Shown here piece by piece: positions 1-9,439 of a DNA stretch of 57,414 nucleotides (positions within the stretch are counted from its first letter, which is position 1; every line of letters starts with the position of its first letter). The notes under the pieces were generated by a model. That model worked only from the letters and a program-made list of their open reading frames with translations. It had not been told where the DNA came from and searched no databases. A program made the position numbers and the translations under genes. Origin of the DNA: a virus (lineage: Duplodnaviria; Caudoviricetes); IMG/VR virus record IMGVR_UViG_3300037041_002697, positions 1 through 57,414 of that record; one strand, written 5' to 3'.

Positions 1-145
1 GAAAAATTAACGTACGTAGAATTAATTAAATACAAATTAGTGGCTTATTCACTTGATAACATAGTTTTGGCGGACTTGTAAAATGATTACCGACAAAGGC
101 AGAATTAAATATACCGTCTCAGGTATTGAGTATACCATCGATTTT
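1..145 (+). repeat. Terminal direct repeat, left copy (circular overlap)
   Basis: Matches 57270-57414 except at positions 54, 61 and 106. Confidence 0.95.
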
Positions 146-1636
146 GATCGCTATTGGCAGACCTGGCAGGAAGTTCAACAGCGGATTCGGGGCATGATGC
201 AAGCGATTTCCGGGATTGTACAATACGCTGGATTTTATGACCAATCAGTGATTTCTGTCCTGCGCGATCACCTTTCAGGCGACTTGAAAATGCAACTCCA
301 GCATTGGTATGATGCAGTCAAGGATGGTACGAGTTTTAAATTTTGGCTGAATAAATACCTGGTGCTTTACCTGTCATTTGAACGCGGAACCAATACCCAT
401 GATGGTAATGCTATTACCTTTGTGCGCGCGGGTGCAGCTAATTACGAAAACATTCATACCGGCGAACTCGAAAGCGCAGCTACAAATATTCCACGCTTAG
501 TTGAGGGAAAGTTTACCGATACGGAAGGACTTTTGCGCGAATCGATAATGACTTCTCATTTAATTGCCAAATCAGAAGCATTGGATGATGTTTCTTGGGT
601 GGCTTCCAATGTTACCGTAACGGCAGATCAAGTAGTCGCACCCGATGGAACCACCACAGCTGATAAGTGCGTGGCAGGTGTTGGCGGTGGAACCTTAACG
701 TACGACACGGCAACGGCCTTTGGAACCAATAATGTAGCTTTCTCAATCTGGGCAAAGTCATTGCTGGGAACGGTTAGTTTTCAATTAAGCATTCAAAATA
801 CAGCCGGAACAGTCTTAGCCAGCACCACGATTACAGCCAATAGTGAATGGCAACGGTTTAAACTCGGTTACAAAACCGTTTCCAGTGTAGCGAATAATAT
901 TCGATTCAAGGTGCATCTTACTACCGAAGGATCGACCCTTTGGCTTTGGGGGGCACAAGGTGAACTTAGTCAATACCCCACCCATTACGTTAAAGACGGC
1001 GGAGCACGTGAAGCCGAAATTGTGTATTATGCTATTCCAACTTGGTATTCCGAAAGGCAATTTTCGATTTCTTTCTGGTATAAATCCGAATTTAATCAAG
1101 TAACGGGCACGAATAGAAGACTTTTAGCTTTTTATGCCACGACCAGTTCCTATGGCTACTTAAAACTTGACACCTCCGATCAACTTGCTATTGGCTGGGC
1201 GCGCAAAGATGCTGGTTATACCTTTGTTGATGCCTGGGCGATTGGATCAACTGTATTCGTCAAAGATACCTGGGTGCATATCTGTATGACTTGGGATACC
1301 TATACTGCCGATTCGCTGAAAGTTTATCTCAACGGCGTATTGAATCATACTTGCACGGTTCCTGAAATGGACATTTACAAATGTAATCGCTTATACCTGG
1401 GAAGTACCGCCACACCAACCGAAGGTGCTGACGGCGTGTTTGACGAAATTCTGCTGGAATCACGCGTGATTGATGCAGCGGAAGTACGTGCCAGGTATAA
1501 TCGGCAGTATTCATTTGGAATCGGACAGAATTACTTCCCCACCCTGCAACTCAGTGAAGGCACGTTTGAACCGTCTCCGCAGCAGGGAGCTGACACCTGG
1601 ACATTTAAAGGATTATTTAAAGAAGTTTTAACATAG
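83..1636 (+). CDS. Tail protein with CBM-like and C-terminal LamG/concanavalin-like domains
   Basis: VAPDGTTTAD and WGAQGE..YPTHYV motifs; LamG signature FSISFW...WVHICMTWD...KVYLNG...DGVFDE; follows the distal tail gene across the circular junction. Confidence 0.75.
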   Translation: MITDKGRIKYTVSGIEYTIDFDRYWQTWQEVQQRIRGMMQAISGIVQYAGFYDQSVISVLRDHLSGDLKMQLQHWYDAVKDGTSFKFWLNKYLVLYLSFERGTNTHDGNAITFVRAGAANYENIHTGELESAATNIPRLVEGKFTDTEGLLRESIMTSHLIAKSEALDDVSWVASNVTVTADQVVAPDGTTTADKCVAGVGGGTLTYDTATAFGTNNVAFSIWAKSLLGTVSFQLSIQNTAGTVLASTTITANSEWQRFKLGYKTVSSVANNIRFKVHLTTEGSTLWLWGAQGELSQYPTHYVKDGGAREAEIVYYAIPTWYSERQFSISFWYKSEFNQVTGTNRRLLAFYATTSSYGYLKLDTSDQLAIGWARKDAGYTFVDAWAIGSTVFVKDTWVHICMTWDTYTADSLKVYLNGVLNHTCTVPEMDIYKCNRLYLGSTATPTEGADGVFDEILLESRVIDAAEVRARYNRQYSFGIGQNYFPTLQLSEGTFEPSPQQGADTWTFKGLFKEVLT

Positions 1637-1663
1637 TATTTTATAATAAGAAAGGGCTATTTT

Positions 1664-2209
1664 ATGAAAAAATTGATGTTTATATTTCTTACATTCTGGT
1701 TAATTTCGCCTGTAATTTCACAGGATATTATTAGTAATGACGAAATCTTATCACAGCGAATTGATTTTGACTATTCAATTCGGGCGGGAGTTACTACGCA
1801 GTATGCTGCCAATCGTGACACCGTGACTATTTTAGGAGCACTTGATACAGTTGTTACCCGCTATTGGAAAAACAAAGGCGGAGATATGTCGGTACAATTT
1901 CAGATTAACAATGGAACAGCAGTCCGTTTATCAATTGAAGTTCAAGCCGCGAATGGTAGTGAAATATTTGCTGATTCGAGCTTTCAAACGCTATATTGGA
2001 TCCATTGGACAGGCAGTGATTTAGCACAAGTAAAAACGGCGGTGGATTCAGTAAGGTATACCGGCACAGCAACGTATAAAAAGACCATTCCGATTATTAT
2101 TCCACCGCTCGGAATTGATGTCTTTCGTATTCGCATTATATCAAAATCCACCTGTACCGGCACTCCCAAAATTCAGGGCATCATTCTCAAACGCTTAAAA
2201 GTTAGTTAA
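1664..2209 (+). CDS. Signal-peptide-bearing beta-sandwich protein, probable virion accessory
   Basis: MKK, hydrophobic core, VIS-Q cleavage-like site; DTV, DTV and DSV motifs; tail operon position. Confidence 0.6.
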   Translation: MKKLMFIFLTFWLISPVISQDIISNDEILSQRIDFDYSIRAGVTTQYAANRDTVTILGALDTVVTRYWKNKGGDMSVQFQINNGTAVRLSIEVQAANGSEIFADSSFQTLYWIHWTGSDLAQVKTAVDSVRYTGTATYKKTIPIIIPPLGIDVFRIRIISKSTCTGTPKIQGIILKRLKVS

Positions 2210-2223
2210 ACGAGGTGAAAATT

Positions 2224-5200
2224 ATGCGACAATTCTTATTAATATTTTTAATAGTGTTTTTAGCTTTTGCCAGTTATGGGCAAAATACGACTACAATGAC
2301 TCCATTTCTGCATGTTATGAATACTTTAACGGCGGATTCAATCTGGGCGCGGGCGTATGGCAATTTAGCCACCAGTTTAGGATCAGCCAGTGTTATGGAT
2401 TTTGGCGGAACTCATGCCGACTCAGTCGATAATGCCACTGCAATTCAGGCGGCTATTACTTACGCTCAGGCGAATGGATTGCATACAATTTACTTTCCAT
2501 CAGGGAATTATTGGACAAGTCAAATTACTTTAAGCAGTGATGATTCATTAGCTTTTGTCGGACAAGAGGGAACTGTTATTCACAGTCTGGTAACATTTCC
2601 TGTGGATTATGCAACAGTGGCTTATTATAGAAGTATTTTCTACATTGTAGGGTGTGATTACCTCACTTTTGACAATTTGTCTTTCAATCTGGGAGCATCG
2701 ACAAAATTTCCAATGAGTTATATTTATCCAATTTTTGTTTATTCTTCCAGCGGGAATAACTTGCATTCAAAATATATTCGGGTGAAAAATTGCACTTTTA
2801 CCGATTGTGCAGCCATTGAATTTTGGGGGGCTTCCAGCGATACTTCCGTTTGGGGAGCCGATATTTCACGTAATAACTTCTTTCCTGCTGACACTTTAAG
2901 TGGTATTCAATTTTATACGTCAGGCTTTTTAGTGAATGTTACCAATAATAATTATTACGGAAACGACCTGGGACGGCAGTTTATAGTTGGTCAACCCACA
3001 AAGGCAATTATAACAAATAATAAAGTATATCGACCGGCGGATTCGGGAATTTATCTTAGTTCCCCAGATGTGTTAATTGCCGATAATTACATAGAAGCCT
3101 GCGGTAAAGATGGCATAAAAGTAATTCATTCACGTGGTTCAAATATAATTGTCAATAATAATATTGTTAACGGCGTTGGACGGTTAAATCGCGGTTCAAA
3201 TGTTGGCTATAACTTTGAAGCATCGCGGGTGGCAATGACTGGGAATATTTTTACAGCCGACACTACCAACGCCAGTGGTGATATTTGGTATTGGAAAACC
3301 CAACACGGCCTAAAGTTAGGAACTGGTACGGACTCCAGTCAATTTTCTAATAATCAATTTTACGGTGTTGGTTTATTAGGTGGAGCCAATGAAGGTTCCG
3401 GTGTCCGACTTAGTGTCAGTGTTACGGAATGTAAACTTTCAAATAATATTTTCACTGGTTTTGAATACGGAGTTGTCGGAATTGGAAATAATGTTAAGCG
3501 AATTTACCTGGATAACAATTATTTTTATGACATTCGCTTAAATAACATTCGTTTTGCCGATACTTATACAGGTATGGCAAATATAATTGTCAAAAATAAT
3601 ATCCATCGAGACAGTAATTATCCCATCATTGTAAAAAACGTGGATTCATTATTGATTGAAAGTGAATTTTCAACTGGCACGCAAGACAACTCATTTATTA
3701 CCGATCAAGGCGGGAATACTAACTTTGTTCAGCATAATAACGAACGAATGGGTAATTTAACCCTATTTAAAAATTTTCAAGCCAATTGGGTGGTGGTAAA
3801 CGACTCAATTCGAGTTGAGAAAACAGCTTTAATCAAAGGTAAAGTTACAACTAACGACTCATTAGCCAATGTTAAAGGTATCCGTACCGAAGGAATTTCA
3901 CTACTTAAAGGAACGGTTACCGCAAAAACTAAAGTAATAATAAATGATTCACTACGGGTGGAAGAAACCAGTTTATTGAAGGGAGCGGTTACTCTAAAAA
4001 ATGCCATCGACTTAAATCATGGTACCACCGGGGTTAAAATTACGAATAATTCAGATGGATCCTTGACTTTTCTCGGACTGGGAAACGGTGCTGATGAAAA
4101 TGTCACCATCGATTTAGACAGTAAAACCGATACGGTTTATGTTTCGAGTGGAACTGGAGCCAGTACTTTGCATTATGTTGGTACGATTTCAGGATCAACC
4201 GGACTTTCCACGCCCGGTAAAATTGTGGTCAATGATTCGTTACGCATTGGGGAAAATACAGTAAAAGATAATGTAGTTCCGTCATTATCACTCAAAGGGG
4301 ATGCTGATAGTGATCTTTCAGGTATAACGAAATCAATCTGCACCCTTACATTAGCGGGGAATGCTGACCCAACCCTGGCATACTGGAAATTATCAGCCAC
4401 TTCAGATCGTTTCTGGCTGGGGGGAGCGACTGACTATGTGACAATAACTCCATCAACTACCACGGGAATGTTAGTTCTGAATGCAGCTACAGCGGGGAAC
4501 TGGACTGGAATCACTTTCAGTGGAGCTGGATTCAACGATGTAAGTGATTATTGGATATACATGGATTCAAACACGTTTTGGCGGAAAGGTGGGGCACTTA
4601 ATACGACATCTAATATTAATACTACAGGCAATTTACAAGCGCAAAATGGCAACATAATAAATAATGCAACGGTTTCAGATGCTGAGAATCCTACCTACAC
4701 CCAAAAAGCTGATTTCGATTTAGATGCAGGTGTGGTTCAGGGATATGACTTAGTGCTACAGGCAACCTCAAACGCCAATCCTGCACTTGGAAAATGGTCG
4801 TGGACTAGTACCGGCGGATTAGGTTACTCATTTGATAAAACACTTTTTGCTGATGGCCTGCAATTAACCAACGGCCTAAAATCAAAATATGTTGATAGCA
4901 CTGGCGTTGACGGAATTGTAACCAATAACACCTTATCAAGTTTAGGCAGTTTCACTAAATTAGTCGTGAATGATTCACTCCGGGTTGAGGAAACCACTTT
5001 AATAAAAGGCAAAACAACGGTTAATGATAGTTTGGTAGCTGTTAAGGGTATTCGTACCGAAGGTTTAGCTTTCTTAAAGGGTAAAGCGATTATAAATGAC
5101 TCAATCCGTGTTGAAAGTACCTCACTTTTAAAAGGCAAAATTACTGGAAACGACTCAATAGTTACTTTAAAAGGCATTCGATCAGAAGGTTTAGCATTTT

Positions 5201-6108
5201 TGAAGGATAAAGCTGTTATTAATGATTCGCTTCGGGTTGAAAAAACTTTATTAAGTAAAGGTAAAGGAACTTTCAATGATTCCTTAGTTACAATAAAAGG
5301 ATTTCGTAATGAATCAATCTCTACGTTGAAAGGGGATGTAACTGCTCGAACAAAAGTAGTCATAAATGATTCTTTACGTGTAGAAGAAACGGCACTGATT
5401 AAAGGCGCTATTACAGCAAACAAAAAAGTAGTCGTAAAAGATTCGCTCCGCGTGGAAAAAACTAGTCTATTAAAAGGTAAATTAACCACCAATGACAGTC
5501 TGGTAAACATCAAAGGTATTCGTACTGAGGGACTGGCTTTCTTAAAAGATAAAGCAGTGATCAATGACTCCCTGCGAGTTGAAAAGACTGTCTTAATAAA
5601 AGGTAAATTAACCACTAATGATAGTTTAATAACTTTAGATGGTTTTCGCACGGAAGGTCAAGCCCTGCTCAAAGATAAAGCCGTTGTCAGTGATTCATTT
5701 CGAGTTAGATTAACATCAGTTTTTAAAGGCGTTATTACTGCTGCCGGGATAAATTCCAGTTCAGCAATTGCCACCACAGCAAATGCTGATATAACGACTT
5801 CCCGCTATTTTGTGCATAGTGTTGCGGCTACATTGACCGCTGCAACACCCGGAATCCAGGGAGATGCTCAATTATCGAAAGAAGTTAATGAAGTTTCAAC
5901 TGTGACAAACACCAACGATGCAGTTACATTGCCAAATGCCGCGGTTGGGCGGGAAATTTTTATTATCAATAATGGAGCAAATACGCTCGAAATTTGGCCT
6001 GCTTCGGGTGATAACTTAGGAGCGGGGGTTAATACGGCCACCACTTTAATTTCTGGAGCCAATATAACCTTTATAGCCTATGACACCACTAATTGGGAAG
6101 TTAAATAA
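2224..6108 (+). CDS. Tail spike/fibre with signal peptide, pectate-lyase-like beta-helix and NDSLRVE repeats
   Basis: SVMDFG...DNATAIQAAI...TIYFPSGNY beta-helix start; Asn-ladder repeats; N-terminus MRQFLLIFLIVFLAFASYG-Q; GAGG RBS favours the ATG at 2224. Confidence 0.8.
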   Translation: MRQFLLIFLIVFLAFASYGQNTTTMTPFLHVMNTLTADSIWARAYGNLATSLGSASVMDFGGTHADSVDNATAIQAAITYAQANGLHTIYFPSGNYWTSQITLSSDDSLAFVGQEGTVIHSLVTFPVDYATVAYYRSIFYIVGCDYLTFDNLSFNLGASTKFPMSYIYPIFVYSSSGNNLHSKYIRVKNCTFTDCAAIEFWGASSDTSVWGADISRNNFFPADTLSGIQFYTSGFLVNVTNNNYYGNDLGRQFIVGQPTKAIITNNKVYRPADSGIYLSSPDVLIADNYIEACGKDGIKVIHSRGSNIIVNNNIVNGVGRLNRGSNVGYNFEASRVAMTGNIFTADTTNASGDIWYWKTQHGLKLGTGTDSSQFSNNQFYGVGLLGGANEGSGVRLSVSVTECKLSNNIFTGFEYGVVGIGNNVKRIYLDNNYFYDIRLNNIRFADTYTGMANIIVKNNIHRDSNYPIIVKNVDSLLIESEFSTGTQDNSFITDQGGNTNFVQHNNERMGNLTLFKNFQANWVVVNDSIRVEKTALIKGKVTTNDSLANVKGIRTEGISLLKGTVTAKTKVIINDSLRVEETSLLKGAVTLKNAIDLNHGTTGVKITNNSDGSLTFLGLGNGADENVTIDLDSKTDTVYVSSGTGASTLHYVGTISGSTGLSTPGKIVVNDSLRIGENTVKDNVVPSLSLKGDADSDLSGITKSICTLTLAGNADPTLAYWKLSATSDRFWLGGATDYVTITPSTTTGMLVLNAATAGNWTGITFSGAGFNDVSDYWIYMDSNTFWRKGGALNTTSNINTTGNLQAQNGNIINNATVSDAENPTYTQKADFDLDAGVVQGYDLVLQATSNANPALGKWSWTSTGGLGYSFDKTLFADGLQLTNGLKSKYVDSTGVDGIVTNNTLSSLGSFTKLVVNDSLRVEETTLIKGKTTVNDSLVAVKGIRTEGLAFLKGKAIINDSIRVESTSLLKGKITGNDSIVTLKGIRSEGLAFLKDKAVINDSLRVEKTLLSKGKGTFNDSLVTIKGFRNESISTLKGDVTARTKVVINDSLRVEETALIKGAITANKKVVVKDSLRVEKTSLLKGKLTTNDSLVNIKGIRTEGLAFLKDKAVINDSLRVEKTVLIKGKLTTNDSLITLDGFRTEGQALLKDKAVVSDSFRVRLTSVFKGVITAAGINSSSAIATTANADITTSRYFVHSVAATLTAATPGIQGDAQLSKEVNEVSTVTNTNDAVTLPNAAVGREIFIINNGANTLEIWPASGDNLGAGVNTATTLISGANITFIAYDTTNWEVK
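4960..5730 (+). repeat. Coding tandem repeats (about 18-24 aa units VINDSLRVEKTxLxKG / TTNDSLVxxKGIRTEG); shorter block at about 3790-3985
   Basis: Visible in the translation; synonymously diverged at the DNA level. Confidence 0.9.
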
Positions 6109-6126
6109 CGAAGAGGAAATAAAATT

Positions 6127-6681
6127 ATGAAAAAATTATGGTTATTATTAATACTTTTAAGCCTGGTGACCGGTTGTTTTTCACAGCATAAAGTTGATTT
6201 AACAACAACTCCGCCAAGCGTGGTATTTCCGGGTCAAGTTAGTTGGAATTTTATTCATGCGTTTATGTTTAAGGAAGATACCACGATCACGCCCAATTGT
6301 GACGGCACCGGACTTTATGTCAAAATATTGGGAAAGTTTGTGACTGGTTTTGGCTTAGTAGAAAACGATGGATTTACTATTGCCGGAGACAGCATAACAA
6401 TTATAACGCCTGGTGATTATTATCTGATTTATAGTTATACTTTTTCTGGTTCAAATAATGCCGATTGGAAGATCGCAGTATTTAAGAATTCTGTCAAACA
6501 ATACGGAACACGGCGATCATCGACTTCTGGAAACTATTCCGGGGGAACCACGCCTTTTTATCTCTTGAATTTGGTAGCCGGGGACGATATTTCAATGAAA
6601 GTGGCAAATTTGACAGCGCCCGGAACAGATAATCCAACTTTTTCAAATGTTAATTTATTTATATATAAAATTCCAGAATAA
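6127..6681 (+). CDS. Signal-peptide-bearing C1q/TNF-like jelly-roll protein
   Basis: MKKLWLLLILLSLVTGCFS-Q; ITIITPGDYYLIYSYTF...LNLVAGDDISM resembles C1q/BclA-C folds. Confidence 0.55.
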   Translation: MKKLWLLLILLSLVTGCFSQHKVDLTTTPPSVVFPGQVSWNFIHAFMFKEDTTITPNCDGTGLYVKILGKFVTGFGLVENDGFTIAGDSITIITPGDYYLIYSYTFSGSNNADWKIAVFKNSVKQYGTRRSSTSGNYSGGTTPFYLLNLVAGDDISMKVANLTAPGTDNPTFSNVNLFIYKIPE

Positions 6682-6719
6682 TATCGTTCAAAAGGAATCT
6701 AATAAACATAAGGACAGCT

Positions 6720-6992
6720 ATGAATGACAGGAATGACGAAACAAACGAAACCGAAAAAGACTGGGCTAAATCAAGATTATTTGTCATGAATGAATTAAAT
6801 CGGCATGTAAAATGTTTGGATGAAGTAGGTACTAAATTAGATCAAATTCTGGCTACTTTACAAGAAATGAAAATAAATGAGGCTCGGTTTACTACTGAAT
6901 TTAAAATTAAATCAGGTTTCTGGGGAATTTTAGGCGGCGCTATTTTAGTATTAATCGAATTGGTGTATCAACTTTTAAAAAATAAATTCTAA
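6720..6992 (+). CDS. Holin-like protein (coiled coil plus C-terminal TM)
   Basis: XhlA-like architecture; located after the tail genes. Confidence 0.5.
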   Translation: MNDRNDETNETEKDWAKSRLFVMNELNRHVKCLDEVGTKLDQILATLQEMKINEARFTTEFKIKSGFWGILGGAILVLIELVYQLLKNKF

Positions 6993-7026
6993 TTGTTTAA
7001 CAAATCTTAAAATTGAGAGGCTTAAT

Positions 7027-7314
7027 ATGAACAAATTATTATTAAAAATCGTGGCATTTCTGGCAACTTGGGATTCATTGCTGGAAGTTTTATTGAAATT
7101 TGCTCTGGACTATTTGGCTGATATTGTTAAAAATAAAATCACTCCACAAGGTCAGGATGCTGTAAAAGTGTTCTACGTTTTATCCAAAACACTCGGAACC
7201 CGCTGGGCACGTGATACTAAAAGTTCTATTGATGATACTTTAGTTAATCAAGTAAATACTAAATGCGAGCAAATTGCCATTGCAACTGGTTTTAAATTAC
7301 CCACAATTTATTAG
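7027..7314 (+). CDS. Small amphipathic protein, possible lysis accessory
   Basis: GAGAGG RBS; hydrophobic N-terminus; IDDTLV motif; lysis-region position. Confidence 0.4.
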   Translation: MNKLLLKIVAFLATWDSLLEVLLKFALDYLADIVKNKITPQGQDAVKVFYVLSKTLGTRWARDTKSSIDDTLVNQVNTKCEQIAIATGFKLPTIY

Positions 7315-7328
7315 AACAGGAAAAATCT

Positions 7329-7709
7329 ATGTGGATTTATATTTTATTCGGATTTTTAGCAGGCTTTTTCAAGGCGATTCGGGATACGGTCAAAGACCAT
7401 TGGCCGCGGGCTATTTTCAATCAACTGCCTGAACCCTGGTGTGCCTGGTTCCGTTCCGATTGGCAGGATAAAAGACTACCTTATCCCCTAACCGATGCCT
7501 GGCATTTGGCGGATTTTTTAAGTTATATCTGCACTGGGGTATTTTTACGCCACTGGCATTTGTTAACCAGTATTGACTATTTTGTGCAAATCGCTATCAT
7601 ATTCTTATTATTTTTCGTAACAATGACCATTACTTTTCAGCTCTTTTATCATAAGATTTTAGTCAGAATATACGAAAAAATTTATACTCGATTTTTTATG
7701 GAGGCATAA
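7329..7709 (+). CDS. Multi-TM membrane protein (TDAWH motif)
   Basis: Three hydrophobic segments. Confidence 0.5.
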   Translation: MWIYILFGFLAGFFKAIRDTVKDHWPRAIFNQLPEPWCAWFRSDWQDKRLPYPLTDAWHLADFLSYICTGVFLRHWHLLTSIDYFVQIAIIFLLFFVTMTITFQLFYHKILVRIYEKIYTRFFMEA

Positions 7710-7714
7710 AATAA

Positions 7715-9439
7715 ATGCAAAAAATCGGTGGATTAATTTTAATTTTAGTTGAACTGGCATTTAGTCAAATTACAATTGATTTTAATATAGTGAAACCAAT
7801 TCCATATCGTAATCTTAATGGCTTTGGGCATTCTGGATTTTACTACGAACAAACTACAGCTTATAAGGAATTTCATCGCCTGCTAAAATTAGCAGAACAC
7901 CAGGGTAACTATCCAGCAAAATATTTACGGTTATTAAATATTTTTTCATACCGCGAAAATACCGATGGCAGCCTGATGGATTATGCCGAAAAAATGGGTG
8001 GTCGACCTTATGATGAGGAGCGTTATCCAGGGGATCATTTTAATTTCGGAAAGGTTTTTCAGGTACTTGATGAACTTAATAATAATACCAAATTAAAATT
8101 ATTAATTGAATATAGCTTTATGCCAGTCTGTCTGGCTGCGGAACAGTATGTTGGAAATTTTGGTGAGGCTATTTGTTCGCCACCAAAATCGTATGATATT
8201 TGGGAGAATATTATCTTCCGAACGCATTCGGAATTGATCGCCAGATATGGTGCAAGTACGATTAATTCCTGGCGGTTTGGCGTTTGGAATGAACCAAATT
8301 TTAGTGTTTTTTGGAAATTCAATGAGTGGGGCTACGATGGCTTTATTCGACTATACGATATTGGTAATGATGCCATGCGAAACGTTCCTGGTGCACTGCC
8401 GATTACTGGCGGGCCGGATAATACGGCGGTCATGATCTATTCTAAACAATTTGTCAATCACACGAAATCGGGGGTTAATTATGCCACCAATAATATCGGC
8501 AGTCAAACCGATGCTTTCACCTGTCATCAATATTCAACTAATCCTCGTGATGTTCTAAAAGACATGTGGCAAATGTGCAAAGACGTGATTGAAGTTTATG
8601 GCACTCAGCACCAGGAAAAACAAGTCTGGATTACGGAAACTGCTCCAACTGGCGAAATGTGGTCGCAACCGTATGTACAAAATGAATATGCAGCCTGCTG
8701 GTGGTTGTCACTGTTAGACATTGCTTACGAAACCGCCGACTTGCAAGGTGAATTTTGGCTGCCAAAAATGATATTATTTCACGGTGATCTTAGGCAATTT
8801 GAATACCGTTCAATCGGCATCTTGAATGCTGATAACAATTCAACTCAGGTTTTGAAGACCCCTCTTTTCAACCTTTGGGAAATGATGACCTATCTATCCC
8901 CCACCCGCTTGCAAGTTCAGGGGTGTAATTACCCCAGTCAAATGACAGATGTCAATTATACGGCTGGAATAACGCCAGATCAAGTGCGGGCTATTGCTAC
9001 TAAATCGAATGCGGGAATACAAATCCTGTTATACCACTTTGACGCCAGCAATCGGCTGGTTTACAACAAAATGGATGACGGTAGTAATCCTGCTCAATCA
9101 TACGGAAATTATAAAACCGGTCGGGGCAGCTATACCACCCAATATTTTATTTCGGGTATTCCTTTTTCGCAAATTCGCATTCGGCATTTCGTGATCGATG
9201 AAACGCGGTCAAATGTATTCGCGTATCGGTACAAATACAACCTTACCGGTAATTTTGCCGTACTTGACGAACATGACGACCTGGAACAGACGGCGGAATT
9301 TCAGCAAAATATTTATCACACCGGCACCTTCCGCGAGACGGTTACCTTGCAGGAAAATTCAATTCTATTAGTCTTAATTGACGCTGTTGGAGATTCTTAC
9401 AAAATGGAAAAAATTAACAATTTGAGGTTAATAAAATGA
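7715..9439 (+). CDS. Glycoside hydrolase family 39-like (clan GH-A) with putative signal peptide
   Basis: WRFGVWNEP acid/base motif, VWITE nucleophile, FMPVCLA, SPPKSYDIW, KTPLFNLW and a C-terminal beta-sandwich ending LQENSILLV. Confidence 0.8.
   Translation: MQKIGGLILILVELAFSQITIDFNIVKPIPYRNLNGFGHSGFYYEQTTAYKEFHRLLKLAEHQGNYPAKYLRLLNIFSYRENTDGSLMDYAEKMGGRPYDEERYPGDHFNFGKVFQVLDELNNNTKLKLLIEYSFMPVCLAAEQYVGNFGEAICSPPKSYDIWENIIFRTHSELIARYGASTINSWRFGVWNEPNFSVFWKFNEWGYDGFIRLYDIGNDAMRNVPGALPITGGPDNTAVMIYSKQFVNHTKSGVNYATNNIGSQTDAFTCHQYSTNPRDVLKDMWQMCKDVIEVYGTQHQEKQVWITETAPTGEMWSQPYVQNEYAACWWLSLLDIAYETADLQGEFWLPKMILFHGDLRQFEYRSIGILNADNNSTQVLKTPLFNLWEMMTYLSPTRLQVQGCNYPSQMTDVNYTAGITPDQVRAIATKSNAGIQILLYHFDASNRLVYNKMDDGSNPAQSYGNYKTGRGSYTTQYFISGIPFSQIRIRHFVIDETRSNVFAYRYKYNLTGNFAVLDEHDDLEQTAEFQQNIYHTGTFRETVTLQENSILLVLIDAVGDSYKMEKINNLRLIK

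Noticed and set aside
4824-5651. 275-aa minus-strand ORF over the fibre repeats
   Set aside because: Antisense shadow of the repetitive coding strand; no RBS or independent motifs.
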